From Vezdaea acicularis (lineage: Eukaryota), in NCBI GenBank assembly GCA_026025075.1, contig JAPEUI010000012.1, positions 186,001 to 227,781 of the forward strand: a DNA stretch of 41,781 bases, given 5' to 3'. Positions within the stretch are counted from its first letter, which is position 1. Each line of letters starts with the position of its first letter. Of the stretch, positions 12,614 to 23,826 are shown in pieces. Both the position numbers and the translations under genes were made by a program. The notes beneath the pieces were generated by a model. It ran no database searches, had not been told where the DNA came from, and saw only the letters and a list, made by a program, of their open reading frames with translations.

Positions 12614-14097
12614 TTAGTCCCAATGCCTTCTAATGACAGGTCTCGCCGGATCCCATGGGCCGTGGATCTCGTTCTTGTACTTTTGCAATCCGATCAACCA
12701 CCAGCTGCAGCCACCCATCGTAATGGCCGTCAAGAGGCCACCCATGAAGACCCCAATAAGCGCACCTTTCCATCCGCCGCCAGAGATCGTGACACCCACG
12801 CCTCCACCAGCTCCCATCACGAGGAAGAGCGTGAGGGCCAGATGCCCACGCCAAGAGGAATGTCGGAGATGCCGGCGGAATGTGGGGAAGAGTCCGAAGA
12901 CTTCGATTGAGAAGAGGGTCAAGGAAAACACATGTGTGGTCGATGGAAGGCGGGATGCAAGTACTGTTGACGCCATCAACGCTGCGTTGGTTGACAACGA
13001 CGCGGGGAATTTCACGCCGACTCCACCGCCGTAATCAAAGAAGAAGACGTTAATACACATCAGCCAACAGCTCATCGCCCAAATCGAGTCGCTAGTAGTC
13101 GACTTGGTGAGAGACTTTAGAATCGGACTTAGACCCAGTACTGCGCAGAATATCAGGATGGCGGATTTTGCCGTCTGCAATCTCTGTAAATTCCGCGCGG
13201 AGAGGGGCTTTCTTCTGCTTCCACGGGAGGGGGACGCTGAGCCGTTCGCGAGATCAATGGAGCCACCTGGATGTCCTGATATTGGAGATGTAGTAGAATG
13301 GCTGGACTGATTGGATGCGGCGCTACCCGTATGTGAATGTCGAGGTGCTAGATTTGATGTGCTAAGAGTCAGACCGAGACCCTGAGTGCCATTTGCTTGT
13401 GCATGGAGAGGAGGCTGTCCAGAATGCGCGGAACTCGTTGTTGAACTCGAGCTAGATTCATCGTCGCCAGCTTCAGCGGCGACTTCGATCATTGCTGCTT
13501 CAGCCTCTTCTTTGCCAACCCACCAATCCCATAGAACCCAGCCAAGCACAGTACTCAGACTCCCCCAGCTCACCACCGAGAGAGGTGATATTCGCTCTTG
13601 GTATATGCCGACAAAACAACACACGAAAATGATGACGGAGCAGGTATGTTGTACAATGACGGTTGAGTCTGCTACAAGAGGCCAAAAGTCATATAGCTGA
13701 AGCCGTGGATTGAGCTGAAGGTGTTCAAGAAATGTCTCTTTGTCCGTATAATTATCAGGATCTATGACCAGAAGTTATCAATACAAGGGTTTGAATTATA
13801 TGAAAGTGCTACAATATAGCGGCTTCCCTGAACTTGGGAGAAGGTTGAATAGGAAGTGCGGGTCTCACATGGTTGTTGAATCCAAAGCAGCTTTTTCCAG
13901 ACGCCTCTCCCTCGTCGGCCCGCTGACCGCCCTCTCGATTTACTTCTCCGACCCGTACCGTTCGCGCCGGCAAGGGCTGCTTCGCGCTGCTTCCGTGGAG
14001 GAGAGCCAGGATAAAAAGCGTCCTGCGGGGAGAGGTGGTTGGGATCGGACGGCAAGTGGTCCATTCTGGGCACAGGGATCAAAGAGATGGGATACAT
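12614..14097 (-). CDS. GPI2: GPI-GlcNAc transferase subunit Gpi2/PIG-C
   Basis: WKKLLWIQQP-YPDNYTD across intron 13868-13762; LSPILKSLTKSTTSDSIWA, SLSTNAALMASTVLASRL and QKYKNEIHGPWD signatures. Start could be 14097 or the next in-frame ATG. Confidence 0.93.
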
Positions 14098-15423
14098 TGG
14101 ATGGGACGATTCTTTAAAGCCATAAGCAACGGTAAAGACTTGCGCGAAAAGTTGGTGTTGTCCCTTAGCATTATGGCCATTTGGGCATCTTTATCTATCT
14201 TTGATCCATGTCGGATATGTAAAGTAGTCGTGATTCTAGTATCGCGCTCTGATTGCCAACTTGTTTCCTTCGAGGCCTATACGACGGCTCCCAGCTCTAC
14301 AGGATGTGGGAAAGGCGGTTAATTTATCTGTCGATATCGAATGTATAGCAGTGGATATACGGTGCATAAAGGAGGTTTATCCAACCTTCTGCTAAGCGGA
14401 GCCGAACTCTGCGCTGCTCGGCTCATGCCGAAAATGGCGTGGGTCCGCACCGCAAGCATCCACAACAAGAGACTCCTCTGACTAGGTCCCATGCATTGAG
14501 ACTCTCATTACAGCGGCACTGGGCTTTGAAATTTTGAGCCGGATTTTTACGTGGCGGAAAAGTTAATGCTCCGCAAGACGCGAGTTCCTTAAAATTATAA
14601 GGAAGTTACAAATGATGATCGGGTTGACTCAACACGATATTTGGCGAATCCGTTGATGTGTGTTTCACGACTCTACGTAAAATGTAACTTCAGGATAGTC
14701 TGGAGGGTGTCGACCCTAGTTTTTCATGGGTGAGCTGAGCTGCGACTGATTATACGATAGTTCAAGCGCCTGCAAGGGGATGCGTGTGCGTTTCAGCATC
14801 TGCAGAGGTAAGTCTCCATACGACGTTCTGTTGGTCCGTCTTATCAGTCGATATCTCATTTGCTAGCTTCCTGCTAGGCGTTTCGAATCAATCTAAGTTA
14901 CAAAGATCTCGCGGCAGCAGAGAGGGTCCAGGTCCAGGCAACACTGCCGTCTGAGCTGAGACCGCGCTTGGCTTTGGAGTGGAATCTCCGTACTCATGTG
15001 AAGCAAGATGCTCTAGAGCTCGAAGATACCAACACTGGAGACATAGATCGACGACCTTTGAAGAGAAAGCAAAAAGAAATACGATTGGGGAGCTTTGGTG
15101 CACCAGCTACGTGGTATACACCACTTACATCGGGCTATACCGTAGGCGTTTCAGAAGCACATGTACCTGCACCGATGGCGGAATTGAGGTAAGGACCGAG
15201 CCTCTTCTTGCCTCCCTTGGCCCACTGGGTCGCCGCTACCTGATTGTGGATCGTTCGCTGATGTTGAGGTCTTAATGAATCCTCCAAAATACGAGGCTGA
15301 TGTGTGGGGGCCAGGGAGATGCTTGATTTGGGGGCGGGGGGTCGGGGGGTCGGGAGTCCCGGGGGGCTTGGCAGGGCGCAAGGCGCTTGCCCTCAAGGGG
15401 TCGGGATCCGCTCTCGCCAAAAA

Positions 15424-15458
15424 GCTTGTCTGTGCTTGTCTGTGCTTGTCGGTGCTTG
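15424..15458. repeat. 10-bp minisatellite (TGTGCTTGTC) x ~3.5
   Basis: gcttgtc tgtgcttgtc tgtgcttgtc ggtgcttg read directly from the sequence. Confidence 0.9.
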
Positions 15459-16758
15459 CCCACCCTTGTCCGCACCGCAGCACGCAGGCTGTCTCTTGCG
15501 GCAGGGCCGGGGCGCGGCCGCGCCAGTCACGAGAAGCCGATGACACGCAACGAATCGACAGCTCGACGGCTGTCACTGCGAGAAGAGGACGATGCACTGA
15601 AACGCTCCTCGCCGCGACGACCCATCGGTCGGACGACTGGTGACATTCGGTGACATCTCGCGCCGGCCGCACGTTCGACGGCCTCCCGCTCGTACTCGCT
15701 CCATACTGTTGGAGGAGAGCAACGTTGTTATCGGTGCACCCTTTTCTCCACAATGCGGCTGGTGATGCGGCAGGAGGGGTTTCCTTGGCGCGGTAGGGCG
15801 ACGGCATCCATCGCAATATATGCTTTTATCCTAAATTGACCGTGCTCGATCCCCAGCCGTCACTTCGCCAAGCCGGTTGGTTTGACAGAAGACTATTGAA
15901 TTTTGTCTTCAGGGGAATTAACAGCGTGCTGAGCGGGAGCCGATGATTCGCGCGTGGCCGGCTTTCCAGCGCGGGCCCAGCGCGGATCCAGGGCGCCTCT
16001 CGACCTCGATGCTGCTGAAAGGGGCCAAGCGCGTTGCGCCCTCGAAATTGTCCGCTCCACCCAGAGCGGCCGGCATAGCGGAATCGCCCCCCTGCGATGG
16101 TGTGCTCTGACGGCCAGAGGCGCCTTCCCTTATCCGCCAGCAAGTCCACCCCCCTTCGCGCCTTCCTCGCCCTCCCTCCAGCACCGACTAGGCAGGAGTC
16201 GGACAAGGGTCGGCCAAGCGTCACGCAAGTGCCAGTCACGCTCGGGTAGATCTGCCCTGCCCTACCCTCCTCAGCCCTCTCCCGTCCTCCCATGCCCACG
16301 CTTACCACGTCCGCGCCTCTCATTTGCTCTTTCCAACACGTGCGCGCGACCTCGCTTGTCACGATGGTCCTCCTTCTGGAACCTCCCGGGCCACCGTCGT
16401 TGAGCCCGCCCGTCGCGCTCCTGCCCTCGGCGCATCGCTATAACCTGGCGGCGGCCCCGCCCCCAACATGTCTCTACATGTCCCGACCTTCCTCTCCGGA
16501 ACTGAATCTTTCACCTCTGCGACTCGTGCGAAGGGCTGGACGACTTTCATTCATGTCACTCCTTGAGCACCCTTCATATCAACCTCCGCTCTCCCAGCCT
16601 GCCGCGTCCTTCCTTCGCCTTCATCCTCGACCCCTCTACGTTTGCACTATCGGTCGTTGACGAGCTCGTACGACCCAAAAATAATACCTGAACATTGCCA
16701 ATCCACAGTCTAAAACCTTCATCTCCCAGAGCTTTGCCTCACACTTTGTGCTCGAACG

Positions 16759-17427
16759 ATGCGTGCGCACGCGCTCCTCGTGTGTCTCCTCGCCATCACA
16801 CCCTCGTATGCTCGTCCTGTCGTCCCCACCAAATGCCAATGTGCTTTCTCCAAGATCTCCTTGGAGAAGCTCCAGCTCCTTCTAGACCGCCACCATCATG
16901 ACGATCCCGACTCGTTCGACAATAGCCACCAGACCACTTATCCCACGGGGACCTCACCGTCGGTGCCGGAAAGCGTCCTCGAACTAGATCGCCCACTCTC
17001 GACTCAGATCCTGATGGATCTCTCTCTCCCGCGTGCCTCTGCACCCACGTCGAGACCAGCAAAGAGCGAGGACAGCGAATTGGACGCAGAGGAGATCTAT
17101 CGATGTCTGGAGGAGGTCACAAGAGCCCAGCAAGAACAGCGTCGGTCAGACGGATCGATGGTCATCGGAATGGTCATGCTGTTCGTAGTGGCTGTCTTAC
17201 TGGTTGAACTGGTTGAGAAGCTGGTCAGAATGTAAGTCTATTGCGCTCAGGTCGACCTTACTCGAGAGGTCTTCCTACTGACTCAATTTGCTAGACGGCG
17301 GGAATGGCGGTATCAGACGGGCGTTATCGCTTTACCCGATCCTTCTCGGAGAAACCATTGCCGATCACCCCCTCCTCCCGTGATATGGGTTGCGGACGAG
17401 GACAAGAAGCGAATACAGCTACTATAA
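16759..17427 (+). CDS. Small type-I membrane protein of unknown function
   Basis: Signal-like MRAHALLVCLLAITPSYA, CxC motif, S/P/D-rich ectodomain, TM segment MVIGMVMLFVVAVLLVELV. Intron 17232-17294 leads to a basic tail ending at TAA 17427. Confidence 0.7.
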
Positions 17428-17736
17428 GCCCATGATCGGCCAATCTGTATTTTTACGGTGTTCTAGGATCAGGGTTCGGTCGGGTGTTGTTTGCGGACTG
17501 GCCTTGGCATAGGCACGGGCATTTAAATTAGCATAGCACAGCATAGCGCGGTATCCAGGCCTCCAAGGAGGTGTTAGTGAAGTTCTTTTCAAGTGGACTG
17601 GGCTTCCGCAAGGTTGGAATCTGATTGTAGAGATCCAGGCTCTAGATCTTCGAGCCCAACCGCGGGCCCTTTATGTATCATGTATATACGTTGGACGTAG
17701 ATTAGTGTACTTACTCATGAGCTTACAAACCTCAAT

Positions 17737-18318
17737 TCAAGCTCGTTTTCGTACTCTCTTATTTTGTCCCCTATTCTTCCCCAAAAGACCAAGCAAGTAT
17801 GCTGATCTTGTCAGAAAGAGGAACACCTAGATGAAGTATTAGGGTGGCTTCGCTCCGAGGAACGGAACCTCTAGTCTAGACACTCACTGTAATCCCGATA
17901 TTCCCCGCTGCCGTCGTGTTCCAACCCATCACGTCAAAGAACGCCTGCCCCATGACAACATACGTAATGTACAAATGCCCGATATCCGCAATCGCCAATG
18001 CAACGACATAGTTCCTCAACACCTTCACATCCGTCGTCTGCCATAGCACGCCCACGGCGCACATGCCCAATAGGAGATATACGTTGCCCAGCTGCATGCA
18101 GGTGACTATCGCACTGGGTGTGGTCTTCTGGTTTGCGGAAGTGTTAGGGAGCTGCTGGTTCATAAAGTATTGGGGGTTGAGTGTGGCCCCAATGAAACCC
18201 GCGACCCTGCGTCTGAGTTAGTAGAGGTGGGGAATGGATGGTCGCGGGGGAGGTACAGCGAGAGGGGTTCGAGAACTGTGAAGATAATATTAGGGGCGGG
18301 GGGGAGTATGGAATTCAT
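17737..18318 (-). CDS. Small (~4 TM) conserved fungal membrane protein of unknown function
   Basis: MNSILPPAPNIIFTVLEPLS, intron, ..QLGNVYLLLGM..ALAIADIGHLY..GNIGIT, intron, VFLFLTRSAYLLGLLG..KRA*. Confidence 0.78.
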
Positions 18319-18656
18319 CTTTGCATGAACCCTCCTAGCGAACGCTCTTCCCTCAATATGCGTTGGGTATCAGGTGGTGATGTAGTCTAATGGAACACTA
18401 TCAAAGAAATCACAGCGGTCTATGCAGTATTGGTCTAGAAGAAAGTAAGCCCGCCTATTCAAAAGCCTCGCCGACATGGGGATAATGACCTGTTTCACAC
18501 CTATCAAGCTTTTTGTAGGACCGACCAAAATAAACTGTGTATATGTAGAGTAGCATTTGACGGTCACGAGGTTTGAGGTCTGCGCAGGCCCTTTCTGAGA
18601 ATCTAGCGAAACCAACACCTTCACGTACAACATGGGACGAAATTAGGAACATCATC

Positions 18657-20645
18657 ATGGCATCGATCGAGCCACGCCTCACGGCGCTCTTGGACGATAC
18701 CTCGATGATGTTCCGGTCCTTTACGCCCCAAAATCTCGAATTCCAGCTTCCTCCCATCCACGAGCCCATTTCGTCCCACACCTCTAGCCGACCTCCCCCT
18801 CTCGAACCTAACGCAAGCCTCAATAGAGACTCTCATGCCAGTACCTCGAAACTTTCTAATAGCGGAAGCGGTGCCAAGTCACGGCGCCGCTCAAAAGATG
18901 GCACTATCAGGGGGCCAGCGGCTGCTAGATCACCAAATACACAGAAAGAACCGCAAAGATCGAAAAGCCCATCCAGACTCGTCGTACCCCTCGACCTACA
19001 CCGCCAGAGCAGCTTCGAAGACTTTCTAGATCTAGACTGGAATACAGCGCCGCGGAAGAGGCAGAAGATCGAGGAAGCACCGGCTGAGAAGGCCAAAGTC
19101 AAGCTGCCAGTACTGCAAAAGAAGACTCCACCTTCTAGACTCCCTACGGTGCCTGCTATCAGCGATCTCAAGACGCCGCCGCCTAATGCTGCCTTGTTTC
19201 CGCCTATTACACCTTCTCCGTTTGAGGACGCCCACGGTAGGCATACGCTCAATGCTACATCGTCGCCCAAGGGCGATAATGACACGAGTAGCACGCCGAA
19301 GAACAATGAGAAATCGGAGTCTAGCACGGGTGGGAAACGGGCGACAAAGCAGCGGAGAAAATGGACAGCAGAAGAGACGGAGCATCTCTTGAAAGGTGTA
19401 GCCCGACATGGGTTGGGCAAGTGGAAGAAGATCCTCGAGGACACTGATTTCCGCTTTGATGATCGCTCTGCTATAGACCTCAAAGACCGCTTCCGCACTT
19501 GCTGTCCTTCCGAATCCCAGAAAAAGTCTACGAGCTCGGAACAAAAGTCCGGTCCTGTAGAGACGCCTATCCTAAGTCCATCGTCAGGGGGCAATCCTAG
19601 TATAGAACCCACAGACAAACCGAAAGCCCGCAGAGCACGAGAATCTCATCGGCTGAACCCAGAGGACCTCGTGAAACTCGGCATCTCTGCCCCCTTTGAA
19701 AAGGCAACACGCCGATCTCGTCATCCGTTCACAGACGAAGACGATGCGGATCTCTTAGCAGGCTATGAAGTCCACGGCCCTCAATGGAGTAAGATCAGAG
19801 ACAAGAGCACGCGCCTTGAAAGGAGGAGAGCAACAGACCTCCGCGACCGATTTCGGAATCGGTTTCCGGAGCGGTACAAAGAAGCGGCGCAAAAAGCCAA
19901 AACCGGAGACTTGACACCAACAGAGGAAGACTTGAGCAAACCCACTCTTCTTGACCCCCGTCCAATCCTGGAGGCTATTCCATCAGCCTTCGACCTAGCC
20001 ATATCCCCCCTCGCCATCACGCCCTTAGCATCCAGCGCCTCCCTATCCCTCCCTCCGGCCATAACGACTATAACCAGCGTCCCCTCCCTCTCCGACACTC
20101 TCCCGAGCTCCTTCTTCGACCTACCGCTCCCACCACCTCCATCCGCCCCTCCAACTCTCTCCTCCTTCCCCTCCTTTGACTTTTCCCCCTTCGTCTCCAC
20201 CACCGTCGACAGCACCCTCCCCTCTCTCCCCACCTTCTCCTTCCCAGACCTCACCTCCAGCTCAACAGAAACGGCCTTCCCCCAGAGCCTACTCACGCAT
20301 ATTCCACCCCTAGCGACGTACGCACCACTGAGCAATCTCAATAATCGCCAATTCAACGCCCGCGCAGACCTCGCCACGGACTTCTCGAAGAAGAGCAACA
20401 GTAACGGCAACATTCAGAACAATATGAACTTCGGATTAGCCCCATCCTCTTCTTCGGCGATGACACTTCCGGTGGCCTCGTCCGCGGCGGAGAAGCCGTT
20501 GGCTGCGAAGACGTTGAGCCTGCCGAGCGTAGGGGAGGTGGTGGGGGAGGAGTGGGATGTGCGGCGGGGGGATGCGCGGCGCGAGATGAGTCTCGCGGCG
20601 TTGGTGTGGGATGATATGGGGGTGCCGCCCTTCTTCGATCCTTAG
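18657..20645 (+). CDS. Double Myb/SANT (telobox-type) DNA-binding protein, Tay1/Teb1-like telomere-repeat binding factor
   Basis: Myb1 RRKWTAEETEHLLKGVARHGLGKWKKIL..RSAIDLKDRFRT; Myb2 RHPFTDEDDADLLAGYEVHGPQWSKI..RRATDLRDRFRN. Both resemble the TRF-family LKDKWR telobox helix. First ATG (MASIEPRL) at 18657; no intron needed. Confidence 0.78.
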   Translation: MASIEPRLTALLDDTSMMFRSFTPQNLEFQLPPIHEPISSHTSSRPPPLEPNASLNRDSHASTSKLSNSGSGAKSRRRSKDGTIRGPAAARSPNTQKEPQRSKSPSRLVVPLDLHRQSSFEDFLDLDWNTAPRKRQKIEEAPAEKAKVKLPVLQKKTPPSRLPTVPAISDLKTPPPNAALFPPITPSPFEDAHGRHTLNATSSPKGDNDTSSTPKNNEKSESSTGGKRATKQRRKWTAEETEHLLKGVARHGLGKWKKILEDTDFRFDDRSAIDLKDRFRTCCPSESQKKSTSSEQKSGPVETPILSPSSGGNPSIEPTDKPKARRARESHRLNPEDLVKLGISAPFEKATRRSRHPFTDEDDADLLAGYEVHGPQWSKIRDKSTRLERRRATDLRDRFRNRFPERYKEAAQKAKTGDLTPTEEDLSKPTLLDPRPILEAIPSAFDLAISPLAITPLASSASLSLPPAITTITSVPSLSDTLPSSFFDLPLPPPPSAPPTLSSFPSFDFSPFVSTTVDSTLPSLPTFSFPDLTSSSTETAFPQSLLTHIPPLATYAPLSNLNNRQFNARADLATDFSKKSNSNGNIQNNMNFGLAPSSSSAMTLPVASSAAEKPLAAKTLSLPSVGEVVGEEWDVRRGDARREMSLAALVWDDMGVPPFFDP

Positions 20646-20843
20646 CTAGGTGCTGGCAGTCAATTGAAGATGTGCAGCTGTTACGTTGTCTAGTTCAGGT
20701 ATATTGCATGGGTTGTGAACATTCTATGCTAGCTAGTATGCCCTATATGAGTAAAAGCATAGTCTTGGTGATCGAAGGTTGGCCCCAATCACACAATACC
20801 ACCACCTCGCTCTCCAAAGGATCCTCTAGCCGCAAAGCCCACT

Positions 20844-22025
20844 CTAATGGCCGATAGCAACTGCTCGCCGGCGGTCTCTCTCTTCAGCGATCGTGAGCTG
20901 TGGAAATTATCGGTTAGCTTATATAAAGTTCTGGGCAAGTGTTGTACACGACGAACCTTGACACCCTTGCCCTTAGGCAGACTGATCCACGGCTTCTCAG
21001 TACCAATGACGAAGACGTTGCTCTCGCGCGTAGCGAACGTATTGCTGATGGCGTCTTTGATGTGTACAATGTTGAAACCTCCGTCGTGACGTTCCCGATG
21101 GGTAATCACTCCAACCCGCCCCATATTACGTCCACCAGTGACCATGGCTACAACACCAGTGTCAAAGCGAATGAACTCGGTGATCTTTCCGGTTTTAAGA
21201 TCGATCTTCACCGTGTCGTTCTTCTTGATGACTGGGTCTGGGAAACGGATCCTAAATGGCACAAAGGCAACCTGTAAGCTTTCAATTTCGACATATCACG
21301 CTCTTCGTGCCCACGCCCACACAGCATCTCACAGCTTGCGCAGGGCGGGGAATCTACCAAAGCTTGATCCAACGGCTGATAGATTGAGAGAGAAGGTTGA
21401 ACCTACGTTCTCGCATCATGCGTAACCAAGTATGGGATTCCTTTCTTTCCGAGCTGAACGCGCTTGACCTTGCCTAGCTTGTACTCTGCTTCCTCAGTCG
21501 AAATTCGATGAACAGTGAAACGACCTTTGGTATCGTATATAAGTCGGAAGTTCTCGCCAGTCTTTTCGATGGTGATCACATCCATGAAACCAGCAGGGTA
21601 GTTGACATCAGTGCGAACCTTGCCATCGACCTTGATGAGACGTTGCATGACAATTGCTTTGCTTTCGCGGCCATTAAGAGCATACTTTAGCCTAGATTGA
21701 GTAGCAGCATAAGAATGATATAGAATTTCTCGAATGGAACCTGGATGATTTACCTGTTCCGAATGAAGACGATAAGTGGCATGCAGTCTCGGAGCTTGTG
21801 AGGACCAGGAGAGGGACGAGGGGCGTAGGCACCAGATAGCTTGTCTAGCAGCCAATGCGAGGGCGCGCTCAAGCGCTTTTGGTGTTTCTTACTGTAGGAA
21901 AGTGGTGATTAGTATAATTACACGGATTCGAAACATGTCTATAGGTTGAAGATCGACGCTCAAACCTAGTGGTTCTGACATTGCTTAGACGGGAGTAACA
22001 GAGCTACTTACGGTCCACGACCCAT
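20844..22025 (-). CDS. RPS4: 40S ribosomal protein S4 (eS4), four introns
   Basis: [79 protein letters not shown]. Confidence 0.98.
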
Positions 22026-22583
22026 GATTACTTCTGCTCAACGAGTTCACTATGAGGATGAATTCGTAGGGTGCAGAGGGAATTGTCGCGAATTGGTCGC
22101 TGGGCGATGTCGTTTGAAGTTCGCTTAATGGTTTCGCCGCGAGGTGTGCTCTTGGCATGGGGCTTGCCCTATCAAAATATCGCGAGCCAAACGCCGTCAT
22201 AATTTGGAATGCAGCCTTCAAAGCACATTTTATCTCGTGCGTCACTTATATTTCTCACTTTCGATGATTATAGATCATTGACTGTGTGTACTTAATATTG
22301 ATTACGGCCGACTCTGGGCACCAGTTTCAAATTTGGATAGTTCGGAGTGGCTCGCCATCCGGTAAACGCCTCGGGCACCCTCCGGGGCGTAGCGTACTCT
22401 CTGGAAGTAAAGCTTGGGGAGTGTAAGCCTTTTGGAGAGCTCAAAATCGTCAAAAAGAGCTTTGGAATCTCAAAATTTGCGGAGTTCCAGTTTGTGATTT
22501 GAAAACTTCTGCATCAGACCCTTGTGACTCTACCAGCGCAATACTCGCCACAATTACTGCTCTCTTCTAGATACCCAAACCGA
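22026..22583. promoter_or_regulatory. Divergent RPS4/HOM2 intergenic region with a Gcn4/CpcA-type TGACTC core at 22525-22530
   Basis: Head-to-head genes 558 bp apart; TGACTC lies about 55 nt before the ATG of an amino-acid biosynthesis gene. Confidence 0.5.
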
Positions 22584-23826
22584 ATGGCTTCTAAATTTCC
22601 TGCCAAGAAGTGCGGTTTGTAGATCTTCAAAATGCTGACAATGACCAGTTCTAACCTTCCTAGGCGTTTTGGGCTGCACGGGCTCTGTTGGCCAACGTTT
22701 CATTCTTCTCCTTGCCCTCCATCCCCATTTCACGCTCCACAAAATAGGTGCTTCCTCAAGGTCGGCAGGGCAGAAATACAAAGATGTCGTGCGATGGAAA
22801 CAGGCTGTACCAATATCGGCTGAACTGGGGGAGCTTGTCGTGAAGGAATGCAAGCCAGAGGAATTTAAGGACTGCGATTTGGTATTCTCTGGACTAGACA
22901 GCGACGTTGCTGGAGAAATAGGTATGAAATGACGAGTTATCTAGTATACTGAAAATGCTAATCTTTTTCTTGAAGAAACGGCCTTCTGCAAAGCAGATCT
23001 ATGTATCTTCTCCAACTCGAAGAACCACCGACGCGACCCCCTTGTCCCCTTAGTAGTTCCTACAGTCAACCTCTCCCACCTCGGAATCATCCCCCATCAA
23101 CGCAAAGTTGAGGGTTACACCGCGGGTTTCTTAATGTGCAACTCGAATTGCGCGGTTATCGGAATAGTCATTCCCTTTGCTGCCATCCAAGCCGCATTTG
23201 GACCCGTGGACCAAGTCTCAGTTGTAACCATGCAAGCAGTTTCTGGAGCTGGTTATCCTGGTGTCAGCAGCATGGACATCCTCGATAACGTAGTTCCTTT
23301 CATATCTGGAGAAGAAGACAAGCTAGAGACTGAAGCACAGAAGATACTGGGGTCCATTACTGCGGAATGCAATGCATTTGTAGACCAATCGCAGCTTAAG
23401 ATCTCCGCTGCCTGTAATCGGGTCGCTGTGCTAGATGGACATATGGCTTGTGTCTCGCTAAGGTTTCGCAATAGGCCACCGCCTAATGCTGAACAGGTCA
23501 AGCAGGCTATGAGGGAGTACGTGTCCGACGTTCAAAAGCTTGGAGCCCCAAGTGCGCCAAAGAATGCGATTGTGGTCATGGATGAGCCAGATAGGCCACA
23601 GCCAAGATTGGACAGGGAGACGCAAAATGGTTACGCAGTGAGCGTTGGTAGGGTGAGGGAGGATGAAAGCGGAATCTTCGATATCAAATTTGTGGCGTTG
23701 AGCCATAACAGTAAGTTCCACGTCCATCATAGCACAAGCTTCAACTAACACTTGAAAGCGGTCATTGGCGCAGCTGGGTCCTCCATCCTCAACGCGGAAG
23801 CCGCTGTCCTTAAAGGACTTGTATAG
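22584..23826 (+). CDS. HOM2: Aspartate-semialdehyde dehydrogenase
   Basis: [13 protein letters not shown]ossmann motif, catalytic [43 protein letters not shown]. Introns 22615-22663, 22922-22975, 23711-23758. Confidence 0.97.

Noticed and set aside
9533..13700. Antisense and alternative-frame ORFs over the annexin and GPI2 genes
   Set aside because: They are shadows of GC-rich coding sequence with no recognisable motifs.
14612..14740. Box C/D snoRNA (ATGATGA at 14612, CTGA near 14735)
   Set aside because: The terminal stem next to the C box is not preceded by a D box, and I could not identify an rRNA guide.
19781..20413. 210-aa minus-strand ORF and CT-rich tract
   Set aside because: Complement of the low-complexity Ser/Pro/Leu C-terminal region of the Myb protein.
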